From the NCBI GenBank assembly GCA_028282585.1, contig JANQHR010000040.1, positions 3,715-67,714 on the forward strand: 64,000 nt of DNA, in the 5' to 3' direction. The notes beneath the pieces are model-generated. The model searched no databases and was not told the DNA's origin. It saw only the letters and a program-made list of their open reading frames with translations. The stretch is from Bacteroidales bacterium (GTDB taxonomy: Bacteria > Bacteroidota > Bacteroidia > Bacteroidales > UBA12077). This document shows, one piece after another, positions 47,034 through 56,719 of this stretch (its first letter is position 1; the number at the start of each line of letters is the position of its first letter). Position numbers and translations under genes: made by a program.

Positions 47034-49241
47034 ATGAATTTAAAAAAGTGGAAATATATTGCTATTCTGGTTCTGGTTTTAATTAATTCTAACATATATT
47101 CACAAAATAAACAAGACAGCCTTTCTGCATTCAGTTTGAACTCAGGTTCTTTAAATGCTGCCATTGAATTAATCGACTTATCGGAGCATCATTATACAAG
47201 AGGAAACTTAACCAAAGCCATTGTACTTAGTTTCGATGCTTTATCAATAGTAGAGAATAATAATTCAACAGAGTTATTATTCAATATATATATTAATTTA
47301 GGTAAAATTTATCTGGTTCTTAAAGATTATGAAAAATCATATTATTATATTAATCGGGCTTACCTCATCTCCTTAGAAACAGAAAAACATGATTTAAAAA
47401 TCAATTCAATTAATAATCTTACAACATTTTATTATAAGATTAATGAAATTGACAGTGCCTCTAAATATTCAAACATCGCTTCATCAAAATATGACATTAG
47501 TAATTATGGAGATAATTTAGCCCAAACCCTGCACAATCAGGCTCTGGTATTTAAATATTATCGTAAATATGAAGATGCAATTAATTCGTTTAAAAAATCC
47601 ATTGAAATTTGTAAAAATGAAAATAATAACCTTCTGCTGTTAGAAAACTTTATTTCGCTAAGCGAAACATATTTACTTTTAGAAGAAATTACAAAAGGAG
47701 AAATTTACATTAACAAATGCTTGGTAATTTTAGATAATCATACCCTTTTAAATGAATATAAAGTATATAAAGTATTATCAAAAATATATCAAACCAAAGG
47801 ATTTTATAAAGAATCCTTACAGAATTATCAAAAATATGTAAATTTAAAAGACTCTGTTTTACATTCATCATTGATTAAAAATGTTGCAAATTTAAAAACC
47901 ACTATCGATTTACGTAAAAGAATAAATGCAATAAATTCATTATCAAAAACAAACGAAAATCAAAAAGCTTTTATTTCAAAACAACAAAAGAATAAACTTA
48001 TTCTTATTGCTGTATCTCTTATATTTATTTTACTTATTGTAATTCTAATTTTATTATTTAATGGAAAACAAAAAGCAAATAAAATATTAAAGAAACAAAA
48101 TGAACTTATTAGAGCAAATAATATTGAGATTAAGCAAAAAACAAATCATCTTACAGAAGTTAATCGTGAATTAGAAAAATTAAGTATTGCAGCAAGCCAA
48201 ACAGACAATGCCATACTTATTACAAATACAGAGGGTGAAATTGAATGGATAAACGAAGGATATACAAGACTATACGGATATTCCTTAAACGAACTAATTC
48301 AAGAGAAGGGAAAAACTTACAAACAAACAATATCAAATACTGATATTCATTCTATTGTTGAAAATGTAATAAAAGAAAAAAAATCACAGATTTTTGAAGC
48401 AAAAGTAGGCTCAAAACAAGGAAAAACATATCGAATAAACACGACATTAACCCCCATTTTGGATTCAAATAATGAAGTAATAAAACTAATTGCAATTGAT
48501 TCGGATGTAACTAAATTAAAAGAAGTTGAAGAAGAGTTACAAAAGCTTTTAATTACTAAAGATAAATTCTTTTCAATTATAGCCCATGATTTAAAAAATC
48601 CTTTTAACTCCATTATGGGATTAGCGCAACTCTTGGTTCATGGTTATGATCGATTAAGTGAAGAAAAAATAAAATACTATCATAGTAATTTATACCAAAT
48701 CTCAAAAAATGGATATGAATTATTAATAAATCTTTTGGAATGGTCGAGATCCCAAATGGGAACCATGCAATTTATACCAACTGAAATAAATCTATGTTCA
48801 ATGGTAGAGGAAACTTTTTCCTTATATAAAGGAAAAGCTGCTCAAAAGGAAATAACACTAACAAATGGTGTTAGGAAAGAATCAACTGTTCATGCTGATC
48901 AAAACATGTTAAAAACGATTTTAAGAAATTTAGTATCTAATGCTTTAAAATTTACAGATCGCGGCGGTGCAGTTGAAATTATCGAGAATAATTTTAAAGA
49001 ATATAAGGAAATCACAGTTCGGGATACCGGAATAGGTATAGAACCGGAAGATTTAAAAAAGCTTTTTGAGTTAGATAAAGGTTTTACAACAGTGGGAACT
49101 GAAGAAGAAATGGGCACCGGATTAGGATTAGTTCTTTGTAAAGAATTTATTGAAAAACATACCGGTAAAATGCGGGTTGAGAGTAAAGTAGGTTTTGGTT
49201 CAAAATTTATTTTTACGCTTCCGGTTAAATCAAATATTTAG
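47034..49241 (+). CDS. Sensor histidine kinase (periplasmic TPR-like region, TM, PAS, HisKA, HATPase)
   Basis: Signal/TM at the N-terminus, a second TM (LILIAVSLIFILLIVILILLF), PAS (TNTEGEIEWINEGYTRLYGYS), H-box FFSIIAHDLKNPFNSI, and G box GTGLGLVLCKEF. The ATG at 47034 is preferred to 47007, which directly abuts the terminator. Confidence 0.85.
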   Translation: MNLKKWKYIAILVLVLINSNIYSQNKQDSLSAFSLNSGSLNAAIELIDLSEHHYTRGNLTKAIVLSFDALSIVENNNSTELLFNIYINLGKIYLVLKDYEKSYYYINRAYLISLETEKHDLKINSINNLTTFYYKINEIDSASKYSNIASSKYDISNYGDNLAQTLHNQALVFKYYRKYEDAINSFKKSIEICKNENNNLLLLENFISLSETYLLLEEITKGEIYINKCLVILDNHTLLNEYKVYKVLSKIYQTKGFYKESLQNYQKYVNLKDSVLHSSLIKNVANLKTTIDLRKRINAINSLSKTNENQKAFISKQQKNKLILIAVSLIFILLIVILILLFNGKQKANKILKKQNELIRANNIEIKQKTNHLTEVNRELEKLSIAASQTDNAILITNTEGEIEWINEGYTRLYGYSLNELIQEKGKTYKQTISNTDIHSIVENVIKEKKSQIFEAKVGSKQGKTYRINTTLTPILDSNNEVIKLIAIDSDVTKLKEVEEELQKLLITKDKFFSIIAHDLKNPFNSIMGLAQLLVHGYDRLSEEKIKYYHSNLYQISKNGYELLINLLEWSRSQMGTMQFIPTEINLCSMVEETFSLYKGKAAQKEITLTNGVRKESTVHADQNMLKTILRNLVSNALKFTDRGGAVEIIENNFKEYKEITVRDTGIGIEPEDLKKLFELDKGFTTVGTEEEMGTGLGLVLCKEFIEKHTGKMRVESKVGFGSKFIFTLPVKSNI

Positions 49242-49334
49242 AAATCACCTTTTATTTAGCTTATATTAAATTTCTATCTCTTTTATGCCTCTGTAAAAAA
49301 TATTTTATACATTTATTTTTTAATTTTTAATCTT

Positions 49335-50396
49335 ATGAAAGAACCCTTAGCTCCCTTTAGTTGTACTTACAGCCCAAATGTACCCGAATTACTAAAAGAT
49401 TTAAATATTTCTCTTGCATTAAGTACTTACCAGGCCGGTAAAGTAGTTTTTCTTTCGGCAACAGATAGAGAAAAAATGATTCAACTCCCACGCAACTTTG
49501 AAAAGGCCATGGGAGTTGCCATTTATAAAAATAAAATGGCTATAGCATCAAAAGATGAACTTACAATTTTAGCAAATGCACCAATTTTAGCAAAAGAATA
49601 TCCTCCCAAACCGGGTGTTTACGATGCTCTTTATTTACCAAGATTAACATATTATACCGGACAACTTGCATTACACGATACTGCTTGGACCAAAAACGGA
49701 TTAGTTTCGGTTAATACGAATTTTTCTTGTTTATCGGTTTTTGATTCTGAATTTAGTTTTAAACCCATTTGGAAGCCACCTTTTATTACCGAATTACACC
49801 CCGAAGACAGATGTCACTTAAATGGTATGGCTGAACAAAATGGAGAAATAAAATATGTAACTGCATTAGGAAATTCAAATCAACCTCAAGGTTGGAGAGA
49901 AAATAAAATGAATGGAGGAATTTTAATGAATGTTCCGGAAGGCAAAGTTATTCTGGATAAATTACCTATGCCTCATTCACCACGAATTTATAATAACAAA
50001 CTTTATATGCTTTTATCTGCTGCTGGTGAATTAATTGAAGTAAACCCTGAAAAGGGAACCTATGAAACTTTAGTTAAAATTGGTTCATTTGCCCGTGGAA
50101 TGGCAAAATTCGGTGATTATCTTTTTATCGGAACCTCTAAGTTAAGACATAACACTTCAGCATTTAAAGATCTTCCAATAGCAAAAACATCCGTAGCTGG
50201 AATTAAAATAATCTACTTACCTTATAAAAATATTATTGGAGCAATCGAATATCAAACAAGTGTTGAAGAAATTTATGATGTTCAGGTATTGCCCGGGATT
50301 AACCGTCCAAACATAATAAATCATAATCAGGATGTTCACAAATTAGGATTAGTTAGCCCGGATAATTCTTATTGGGCCAAAGTTGAAAATAAATAA
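49335..50396 (+). CDS. TIGR03032-like conserved hypothetical protein
   Basis: Motifs LALSTYQAGKVVFL, EDRCHLNGMA and MPHSPR fit my memory of the TIGR03032 family. 353 aa. Confidence 0.65.
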   Translation: MKEPLAPFSCTYSPNVPELLKDLNISLALSTYQAGKVVFLSATDREKMIQLPRNFEKAMGVAIYKNKMAIASKDELTILANAPILAKEYPPKPGVYDALYLPRLTYYTGQLALHDTAWTKNGLVSVNTNFSCLSVFDSEFSFKPIWKPPFITELHPEDRCHLNGMAEQNGEIKYVTALGNSNQPQGWRENKMNGGILMNVPEGKVILDKLPMPHSPRIYNNKLYMLLSAAGELIEVNPEKGTYETLVKIGSFARGMAKFGDYLFIGTSKLRHNTSAFKDLPIAKTSVAGIKIIYLPYKNIIGAIEYQTSVEEIYDVQVLPGINRPNIINHNQDVHKLGLVSPDNSYWAKVENK

Positions 50397-50468
50397 TCCA
50401 TTGTTAAGGTTTTGTTAAGGTATTCATTTATGCTTCATTCTAAGATAAAGGTATTTTTATCATTACAA

Positions 50469-50476
50469 TAGTTTTG
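50469..50476 (+). promoter_or_regulatory. Bacteroidota-type -7 box (TAGTTTTG) upstream of adhesin gene
   Basis: Matches TAnnTTTG, 116 nt upstream of ATG 50592 and 293 nt upstream of ATG 50769. Confidence 0.35.
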
Positions 50477-50591
50477 CATCTTTTATTCTTTAATTAAAAG
50501 TTAATCAAGAATTTACATCAAATGTTGAAATTTTGATTAACTTAGTATTCAAATGACTAAAAATTTTATTCTATAACTATAATTACTGCTT

Positions 50592-53500
50592 ATGAAGAAA
50601 CCATTACTTTACAAAAATCCAAAGTACTTTAAGTTATTTAAAAAATTTCGAAACCTGTACTTACGAATAAAAAGTATGCTCCATGATGGATCATATTTTC
50701 TTTTAGCGGACCGATTTAAAAAATCTCTTTTTCAAAAGTTCAAATTACTATATGAACGTTTAAATAAAATGCAGTTAAACCTTGGAATAAAAACTGCGGG
50801 CATAGCTACTGCTTTTCTCTTCATTAGTAATATTGTTGATGCTCAAACAGAAATGCCTAAGGTGTGGGTTGAGAATGAAAAGGGAACCGATATCTTCAAT
50901 AGTGGTATTATGCATGATGATTATACTATTGCAAAATTTGTAGATATTGATAACGATGGTGATGAAGACTTATTCTTAGCTGGCTTAGATAATAATTCTG
51001 GAAAATATTCCTTTAGGTTTTTTGAAAATCAAGGATATGGCGAAGAAGAAATGTTTATAGAGGAAAGTGAAGCAGATACTTTACTTCCATTTACAGGTTC
51101 CAGTTCTAATCCTCCATTTTTCGATTTTATGGATGTAGACGGAGATAACGATTTAGATGCATTCATAATTAACCATGCCGTTTCTGCAAAAGTTGAATAT
51201 TACGAAAATATTGGAACTGTAAGTTCTCCTGAATTTGAGCCAGGTGATAATTGCGATAATCCATTTTATAATATTCTTTTTAACGCTTCAATAGTATTTG
51301 AAGATTTAGACGGTGATGATGACTTAGATGCTGTTTTACCCTATGACGGTGCAGTAAATTATTATGAAAATGATGCAGGCATTTTTACCCATACTACAGG
51401 ATCAGATAACCCTTTTAATAGTGTCTACCTTTATTATTATTCAGTTCTTGATTTTGAGGACATTGATGGTGATGGAGATATAGATGCAATAGTTGGGGAC
51501 CAATGCTATGGTACCAGGTTCTTAGAAAACATTTCAACCACCGACTTAGCATATTTTGCTTTTTCATGCAACAATCCAATAGAATTTCAATATGGATATA
51601 ACCATCATCCAAGTTTTGCAGACTTAGACGAAGATGATGATATGGATTTAATTGTATCTGACTATCGTCGAGAGAATATAAATTTACAATATTATGAAAA
51701 CGGCGTAGACACATTCATATTCCAGGGAGCTCCGCCTAAGGTTCAAATCCCAATAGTTCTTGAGTATGGACAAGCTTCTCTTTTTTTAGATTTAGACGAT
51801 GATGGGGACCTAGACCTGTATATTGATAATAAATATTATAATGGTGCTGACCGCTTTTATGAGAATATTGGTAATAAAGAAAATCCCAAATTTAGAGCAA
51901 GAAATTTATCAGGTTTTGGATTACCTGAAAACCTGCATTACACCAGAGAATCATTTATTGATATTGATAATGATGGTGATTACGATATGTTTGTTGCTAA
52001 TTACTATGCGTATTATGGCGATTATACCGAATACTATAAAAATATTGGAACACCGGAAAACTCAAACTTTGAATTACAAGATCAATCAAACAACCCACTA
52101 AATGGGATATATGCGGGAGACTATATAAATGCATTAGCCATGGCGGACATGGACGAGGATGGTGATTATGATGTAATTTACAATACCTATATATCTGGGT
52201 CAGGCAGCATGACATTTGTTTATGAAAATACGGGAACGGTTGAAGAAGCAAGTTTTGTTCAAGCAAGTTTTTCTGATAATCCTTTCGAAAACATATATTA
52301 TCCTTATCATATGGTTTTTGAAGATATGGATAATGACGAGGACCTTGATTTGTTGATCGAAGAATGCGGAGGGTTTTCTTATTTTGAAAATATAGATGAA
52401 GCAAAATCTGACATTTATTTTATTGAAAGAACTGGCGAGCTTAACCCGTTAGATACAATGGGGAATGCTGACTCTAATTGGGGATTCGGAAGATTATTTG
52501 ATGAAGATGAGATTGCTTTAATTCTTCAGGACCGTAGCTCTCCAGTTAAAGGTAAAGACTTTAAACCTGGCATAAAAGGGAATAAAGGCAAAAACTTTAA
52601 AGCTCCTGTTCCTGATGAGCTTGAAGTTAAATATTACAACTACAAGGACCTCCTCTCAATAGATGACAAAACTATATTGATGGATGAGAACACAACTGAA
52701 GAAACTTTAATTGAAACACTAGCTGCTGAATATTATGGAGACGGAACTTTAACTTATACATTAGATGATGACGGAGTATCAGTCCCATTTAGTGTTACAG
52801 CTGACGAATTAAGCACAGCGTCAGGGTCAAGTTTCGATTTTGAAACATTAGATGATCCTAGTTATGAGTTTAAAATTAAAGTTAATGATGGAACGTATAC
52901 TGATTCTGCTTCCTATATTGTTACAATTGTCAATATTAACGATAATGCGCCAGTATTTAATGACCAAATAGTAAGCCTCGATGAAAATCCTAGTGTTGAT
53001 GATATTGTTGCAACCTTCAACGCTACCGATGCTGATGAACTTGGCGACTTAACATATTCAATAACAGCAGGAAATACCGATGATGCCTTTGAGATAAGTG
53101 GTAATACGGTTGTAGTTAAAACTGCAGGTGTTATAGATTATGAAACTTTATCCCAAACTACTTATTCTCTTACGGTAGAAGCTTCTGATGGAACATTGAC
53201 AGATGATGCAACAATTACAGTTAATATCAATAATATTAATGATAATACACCTGTATTTAATGACCAAACAGTAAGTCTCGATGAAAATCCTAGTGTTGAC
53301 GATATTGTTGCAACCTTCAATGCTACAGACGCTGATAACTTGGGTGCTTTAACATATTCAATTGTTGATGGCAATACAGGTAATGTATTCGAAATAAGCA
53401 ATGATGACATTATTGTCAGCGCTGCAGAATTAATTGATTATGAAACATTGCCGCAGGATCATTACACATTAACTGTGCAAGCTTCCGATGGAACAAATAC

Positions 53501-54101
53501 CGATGATGCTCAATTAACCGTAAACATCAATAACTTAAATGACAATGCTCCTGTGTTGGATGACCAAACAGTGAACATTGATGAAAGTCCTGCTAACGGC
53601 AGTCTGGTTGCGACATTAAATGCAACCGATGCTGATAATTTAGGTACTTTAACCTATTCCATTACTGCTGGAAATACCGACGAAGCATTCGAAATTAGCA
53701 CCAATACTGTTATTGTAAAAACAGGTAGTGTTATCGATTATGAAACTGTAACAAATCATCAATTTATTTTAACAGTTCAGGTTTCCGATGGAGAACTTAC
53801 AGATGATGCTGCAATTACAGTTAATATTAATAATCCGACAGGAATTGAAGATATCTTGAAGAACGAATTGTTGTTCTACCCAAATCCTGCTAAAGATGAA
53901 TTAAACCTGGTAATAGGTTCTGAACTAAAAGAGGAAATTGATATTAAGATTGTAAACAGCATTGGTAACATTGTTAGATCAGAGAAATTTAATAATCAAA
54001 ATGAATTTAGACTGGATGTTTCTAACTTAAGCTCTGGTATTTATTTCTTACAAGTAAACGTTGGAGAAGAAACAGTTACCAAGAAAATAATTATTAAATA
54101 A
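50592..54101 (+). CDS. T9SS-secreted FG-GAP/VCBS-repeat and cadherin-repeat adhesin-like protein
   Basis: Nine F.D.D.DGD.D calcium-loop repeats. Four cadherin domains (LDE, DAD, INDNAP motifs). C-terminal Por/T9SS sorting domain (LLFYPNPAKDEL...SGIYFLQV...KKIIIK). The signal peptide only starts at Met60 (ATG 50769). Confidence 0.85.
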   Translation: MKKPLLYKNPKYFKLFKKFRNLYLRIKSMLHDGSYFLLADRFKKSLFQKFKLLYERLNKMQLNLGIKTAGIATAFLFISNIVDAQTEMPKVWVENEKGTDIFNSGIMHDDYTIAKFVDIDNDGDEDLFLAGLDNNSGKYSFRFFENQGYGEEEMFIEESEADTLLPFTGSSSNPPFFDFMDVDGDNDLDAFIINHAVSAKVEYYENIGTVSSPEFEPGDNCDNPFYNILFNASIVFEDLDGDDDLDAVLPYDGAVNYYENDAGIFTHTTGSDNPFNSVYLYYYSVLDFEDIDGDGDIDAIVGDQCYGTRFLENISTTDLAYFAFSCNNPIEFQYGYNHHPSFADLDEDDDMDLIVSDYRRENINLQYYENGVDTFIFQGAPPKVQIPIVLEYGQASLFLDLDDDGDLDLYIDNKYYNGADRFYENIGNKENPKFRARNLSGFGLPENLHYTRESFIDIDNDGDYDMFVANYYAYYGDYTEYYKNIGTPENSNFELQDQSNNPLNGIYAGDYINALAMADMDEDGDYDVIYNTYISGSGSMTFVYENTGTVEEASFVQASFSDNPFENIYYPYHMVFEDMDNDEDLDLLIEECGGFSYFENIDEAKSDIYFIERTGELNPLDTMGNADSNWGFGRLFDEDEIALILQDRSSPVKGKDFKPGIKGNKGKNFKAPVPDELEVKYYNYKDLLSIDDKTILMDENTTEETLIETLAAEYYGDGTLTYTLDDDGVSVPFSVTADELSTASGSSFDFETLDDPSYEFKIKVNDGTYTDSASYIVTIVNINDNAPVFNDQIVSLDENPSVDDIVATFNATDADELGDLTYSITAGNTDDAFEISGNTVVVKTAGVIDYETLSQTTYSLTVEASDGTLTDDATITVNINNINDNTPVFNDQTVSLDENPSVDDIVATFNATDADNLGALTYSIVDGNTGNVFEISNDDIIVSAAELIDYETLPQDHYTLTVQASDGTNTDDAQLTVNINNLNDNAPVLDDQTVNIDESPANGSLVATLNATDADNLGTLTYSITAGNTDEAFEISTNTVIVKTGSVIDYETVTNHQFILTVQVSDGELTDDAAITVNINNPTGIEDILKNELLFYPNPAKDELNLVIGSELKEEIDIKIVNSIGNIVRSEKFNNQNEFRLDVSNLSSGIYFLQVNVGEETVTKKIIIK
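52929..53834 (+). repeat. Three tandem 300-bp coding repeats (cadherin domains)
   Basis: TTTAATGACCAAA / TTGGATGACCAAA recurs at 52956, 53256 and 53556, an exact 300-bp period. The adjacent units are highly similar at DNA level by eye. Confidence 0.85.
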
Positions 54102-54127
54102 GTTATTCATATTCTCTTTATAAATTT

Positions 54128-54160
54128 GAGTGTCTCTAAAATTGGGACACTCTTTTATTT
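54128..54160 (+). terminator. Intrinsic terminator after adhesin gene (overlaps 3' end of convergent gene)
   Basis: Stem GAGTGTCTC/GGGACACTC (one G-U pair) followed by TTTTATTT. Confidence 0.6.
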
Positions 54161-56557
54161 AATATGAAAAGATTGTGCCACACTGCCAGATAAATAATTT
54201 TCCCAGATCTTGTCGAATCCTTTTTCAAGATTTCTGGCAAATTGCTTAGAATCAAATAAAGCTGAATTTAAAATACTGCTTTCCAATTCCTGGCTTATTA
54301 ACTCTAATTTATCAGGATTTTTTCCGTAATAAATTGCTCTTTCTTTATACTCTTCAATTGAAGTACAAATAAAATCATTTAAACCAGCTGCATTAAGGAT
54401 AGAAGTTCCCATACGTGAAGCATTTGTATTTCCGGTATAAGTTAAAACAGGCAAGCCAGCCTGCAAAGCATTTACAGCAGTTGATCCCGCCGTATAATAA
54501 AATGTATCCAAAAATAAATTACAAACCGAATTTCTTGCCATATAATCAGGGAACGGTAAATTCTCTGCAAAAATTATTCTGCTAGAATCTAAACTTCTTT
54601 TTTTTATCTCATTTATTACGTTTTGTTTATAAATACCTGATCCTCCTTTAAGTAAAAGAACACTTTCAGGTACTTTTTTCAGCACTTCAACCCAGATATC
54701 AAATATTTCAGGAGAGAGCTTATATTGAGAGTTAAAGCAACAATAAATAAAAACATTTTCAGGCAAATTAAAATCACTTCTTTTCTTTTTATCTTTATTA
54801 ACATCCAAGACAGAACCCGGAAAGCCATAAGGCAATCGTACAACTTTTTCGTAATAATATGGTTCATGATCATGAGGAATCAATTGCTCATCACCAAAAA
54901 TATATTGAATAAACGAATCTCCCATTGTACCAGGAAAACCAACCATTTGACACTGAACCGGGGCTGGTTGTAAAGCTAAAATTTCTGTTCTTGTATAGGT
55001 TGTGTAACCCGATAAATCGATTAAAATATCAATATTTAGATCATAGATCTTTTTTGCTGCCTGCCCTAGTGGAACGTTATATAAAGAAATAAAATGATCA
55101 CAATGTTCTCTGAACTTATTCTGAATAGGGTCCTTTTCCAAATCAGCTATAATTGAAAAGCAGTATACCTCATATTCATCTTTGTTATGTTCGCCAATAA
55201 AATCAACCGTTACTCTACCTGTCGGATGATCCCGAAAATCAGGTGAAATATAACCAATGCGAAGTTTTTCTTTCACCACTGGCCTATGCTTAAACTTAAC
55301 TTCAGATTTTAATCGTTCAACTTTTCTTAAATTATTTCTAGCTGTATGCTCTGATGCTCTTTTTAAAAATTCTTTATCTTGTTTAAAGTAGTTAAGGTTT
55401 AAAAATGGAATGGGAGCATTTGTTTCCTGTTCAATTTGTTTTAAACTTATTTCTCTTAAAGTTCTTTCATCATCTTTTCTTTGACTCCAATCACAAACAT
55501 TTAATCTATGCCTAATTAATTCATGTTGAACAGTAAAATTATCCGGATTTACTCTTATCGCTTTTGATAAAAATTCTATGGCTTTTTCATCCTGCTTTAA
55601 ATCACTGTATGATTTAGCCATCGCATATAATAAAAGATCCGAATCTTGATTAAGTTTATAGGCTAAATTATATGCCTTCTGCGCTTTTTTAAAAAAACCT
55701 GTTTGATGATAAGATATTCCTAATTGATACAAAGTTTCGTAATGTTCTGGAAATAATTCATGATTTTTTGATAAAAGCCTGATTGCCAATTTAAAATCTC
55801 CATTATTGATAGCAAGTATGGCAGACCCGAATAAAATATCAGGGATTTTTTGAGTTTTTTTGAATAAATCTTCAAATGCCTTCATAGCCTTTTCATAAGG
55901 GTAAATCCTTCCGTAAAGTTCCATCAAATTCTTATAACCTTTTTCCAATCCAGGATTTAATATTATGGCCCTTTCATATTCCTTTAAAGCTTCCTCATAT
56001 TTATTTTTTAATTGTAAAATATTCCCAAAATTCAAATGAAGCTGAGCATTTTCAGGATTCAATTTGAGGGCTTTTCGATACAATTCTTCAGCTTTATCAA
56101 CTTTTCCTGTACCATGGTATATATTACCTAAATTATTTAAAGCTATAATAGATTGAGGTTTTATTTCTAATACCTTATTATAAATTTCAATTGCTTCCTT
56201 ATTTTTATTTTCTTTTCGATAAATTTTAGCAAGATTTATCATCGCAGGAGTATACTTCTCATCCAAAATAATTGATTGCGAAAAAAAATTTTTAGCATTC
56301 ACTAAGTTATCTAATTGAATATATGCTTTACCAATATTATTTAATATCTCGGGGTTATTAGCATTTACTTTATTTGCCCTTTCTAAAAATCGTAAAGCTA
56401 TGTTTGGTTTTTTAGCTTTTAAATACAACTTACCAGCGTTAACAAGCCCTTGTAAATGATTTGGATTTTGCTTTAGTATTTCTTGGTAAAGATTAAGTGC
56501 TTCTTGATATTTTCCTTCTTTATATTTTTGCAGTGCAATTATTAAGATATCTTCCAT
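54155..56557 (-). CDS. TPR-repeat GT41-family (SPY/OGT-like) glycosyltransferase
   Basis: ~10 TPR repeats in the N-terminal half. The C-terminal half has RIGYISPDFRDHPTG and LDTFYYTAGSTAVNALQAGLPVLT, typical of GT41 catalytic domains. Confidence 0.8.
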   Translation of the reverse strand: MEDILIIALQKYKEGKYQEALNLYQEILKQNPNHLQGLVNAGKLYLKAKKPNIALRFLERANKVNANNPEILNNIGKAYIQLDNLVNAKNFFSQSIILDEKYTPAMINLAKIYRKENKNKEAIEIYNKVLEIKPQSIIALNNLGNIYHGTGKVDKAEELYRKALKLNPENAQLHLNFGNILQLKNKYEEALKEYERAIILNPGLEKGYKNLMELYGRIYPYEKAMKAFEDLFKKTQKIPDILFGSAILAINNGDFKLAIRLLSKNHELFPEHYETLYQLGISYHQTGFFKKAQKAYNLAYKLNQDSDLLLYAMAKSYSDLKQDEKAIEFLSKAIRVNPDNFTVQHELIRHRLNVCDWSQRKDDERTLREISLKQIEQETNAPIPFLNLNYFKQDKEFLKRASEHTARNNLRKVERLKSEVKFKHRPVVKEKLRIGYISPDFRDHPTGRVTVDFIGEHNKDEYEVYCFSIIADLEKDPIQNKFREHCDHFISLYNVPLGQAAKKIYDLNIDILIDLSGYTTYTRTEILALQPAPVQCQMVGFPGTMGDSFIQYIFGDEQLIPHDHEPYYYEKVVRLPYGFPGSVLDVNKDKKKRSDFNLPENVFIYCCFNSQYKLSPEIFDIWVEVLKKVPESVLLLKGGSGIYKQNVINEIKKRSLDSSRIIFAENLPFPDYMARNSVCNLFLDTFYYTAGSTAVNALQAGLPVLTYTGNTNASRMGTSILNAAGLNDFICTSIEEYKERAIYYGKNPDKLELISQELESSILNSALFDSKQFARNLEKGFDKIWENYLSGSVAQSFHIK

Positions 56558-56631
56558 AGGTTCAAATTTATCACAACGAACTTAGGAAATATTATTGAAT
56601 TTTGGAATTTCTCTTCATTAAATTATAATTT

Positions 56632-56654
56632 AAAAACCCTCGCTTTCACGAGGG
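56632..56654 (-). terminator. Orphan terminator-shaped hairpin in long intergenic region
   Basis: CCCTCG-N6-CGAGGG. The plus-strand A5 directly upstream gives U5 after the hairpin on the minus strand. No minus-strand ORF feeds into it. Confidence 0.35.
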
Positions 56655-56711
56655 CTAACGCTTTTGCAAATTCTAAAAACTCTACTGATTTTTTTACAAA
56701 TAACCCTAATC

Positions 56712-56719
56712 TAACTTTG
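56712..56719 (+). promoter_or_regulatory. Bacteroidota-type -7 box (TAACTTTG)
   Basis: Matches TAnnTTTG, 255 nt upstream of the ATG at 56974. Confidence 0.3.

Noticed and set aside
51415-52404. Minus- and plus-strand ORFs of 92-135 aa inside the adhesin gene.
   Set aside because: They overlap the FG-GAP repeat coding region. Their His/Leu/Gln-rich translations are typical of the reverse frame of D/N-rich repeats, so they are most likely spurious.
52929-53834. Regular 300-bp periodic repeats considered as a possible CRISPR-like or satellite array.
   Set aside because: The period is a multiple of 3. The repeats are in frame within one ORF and encode complete cadherin domains, with no short repeat/spacer organisation. 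No CRISPR array was seen anywhere in the window.
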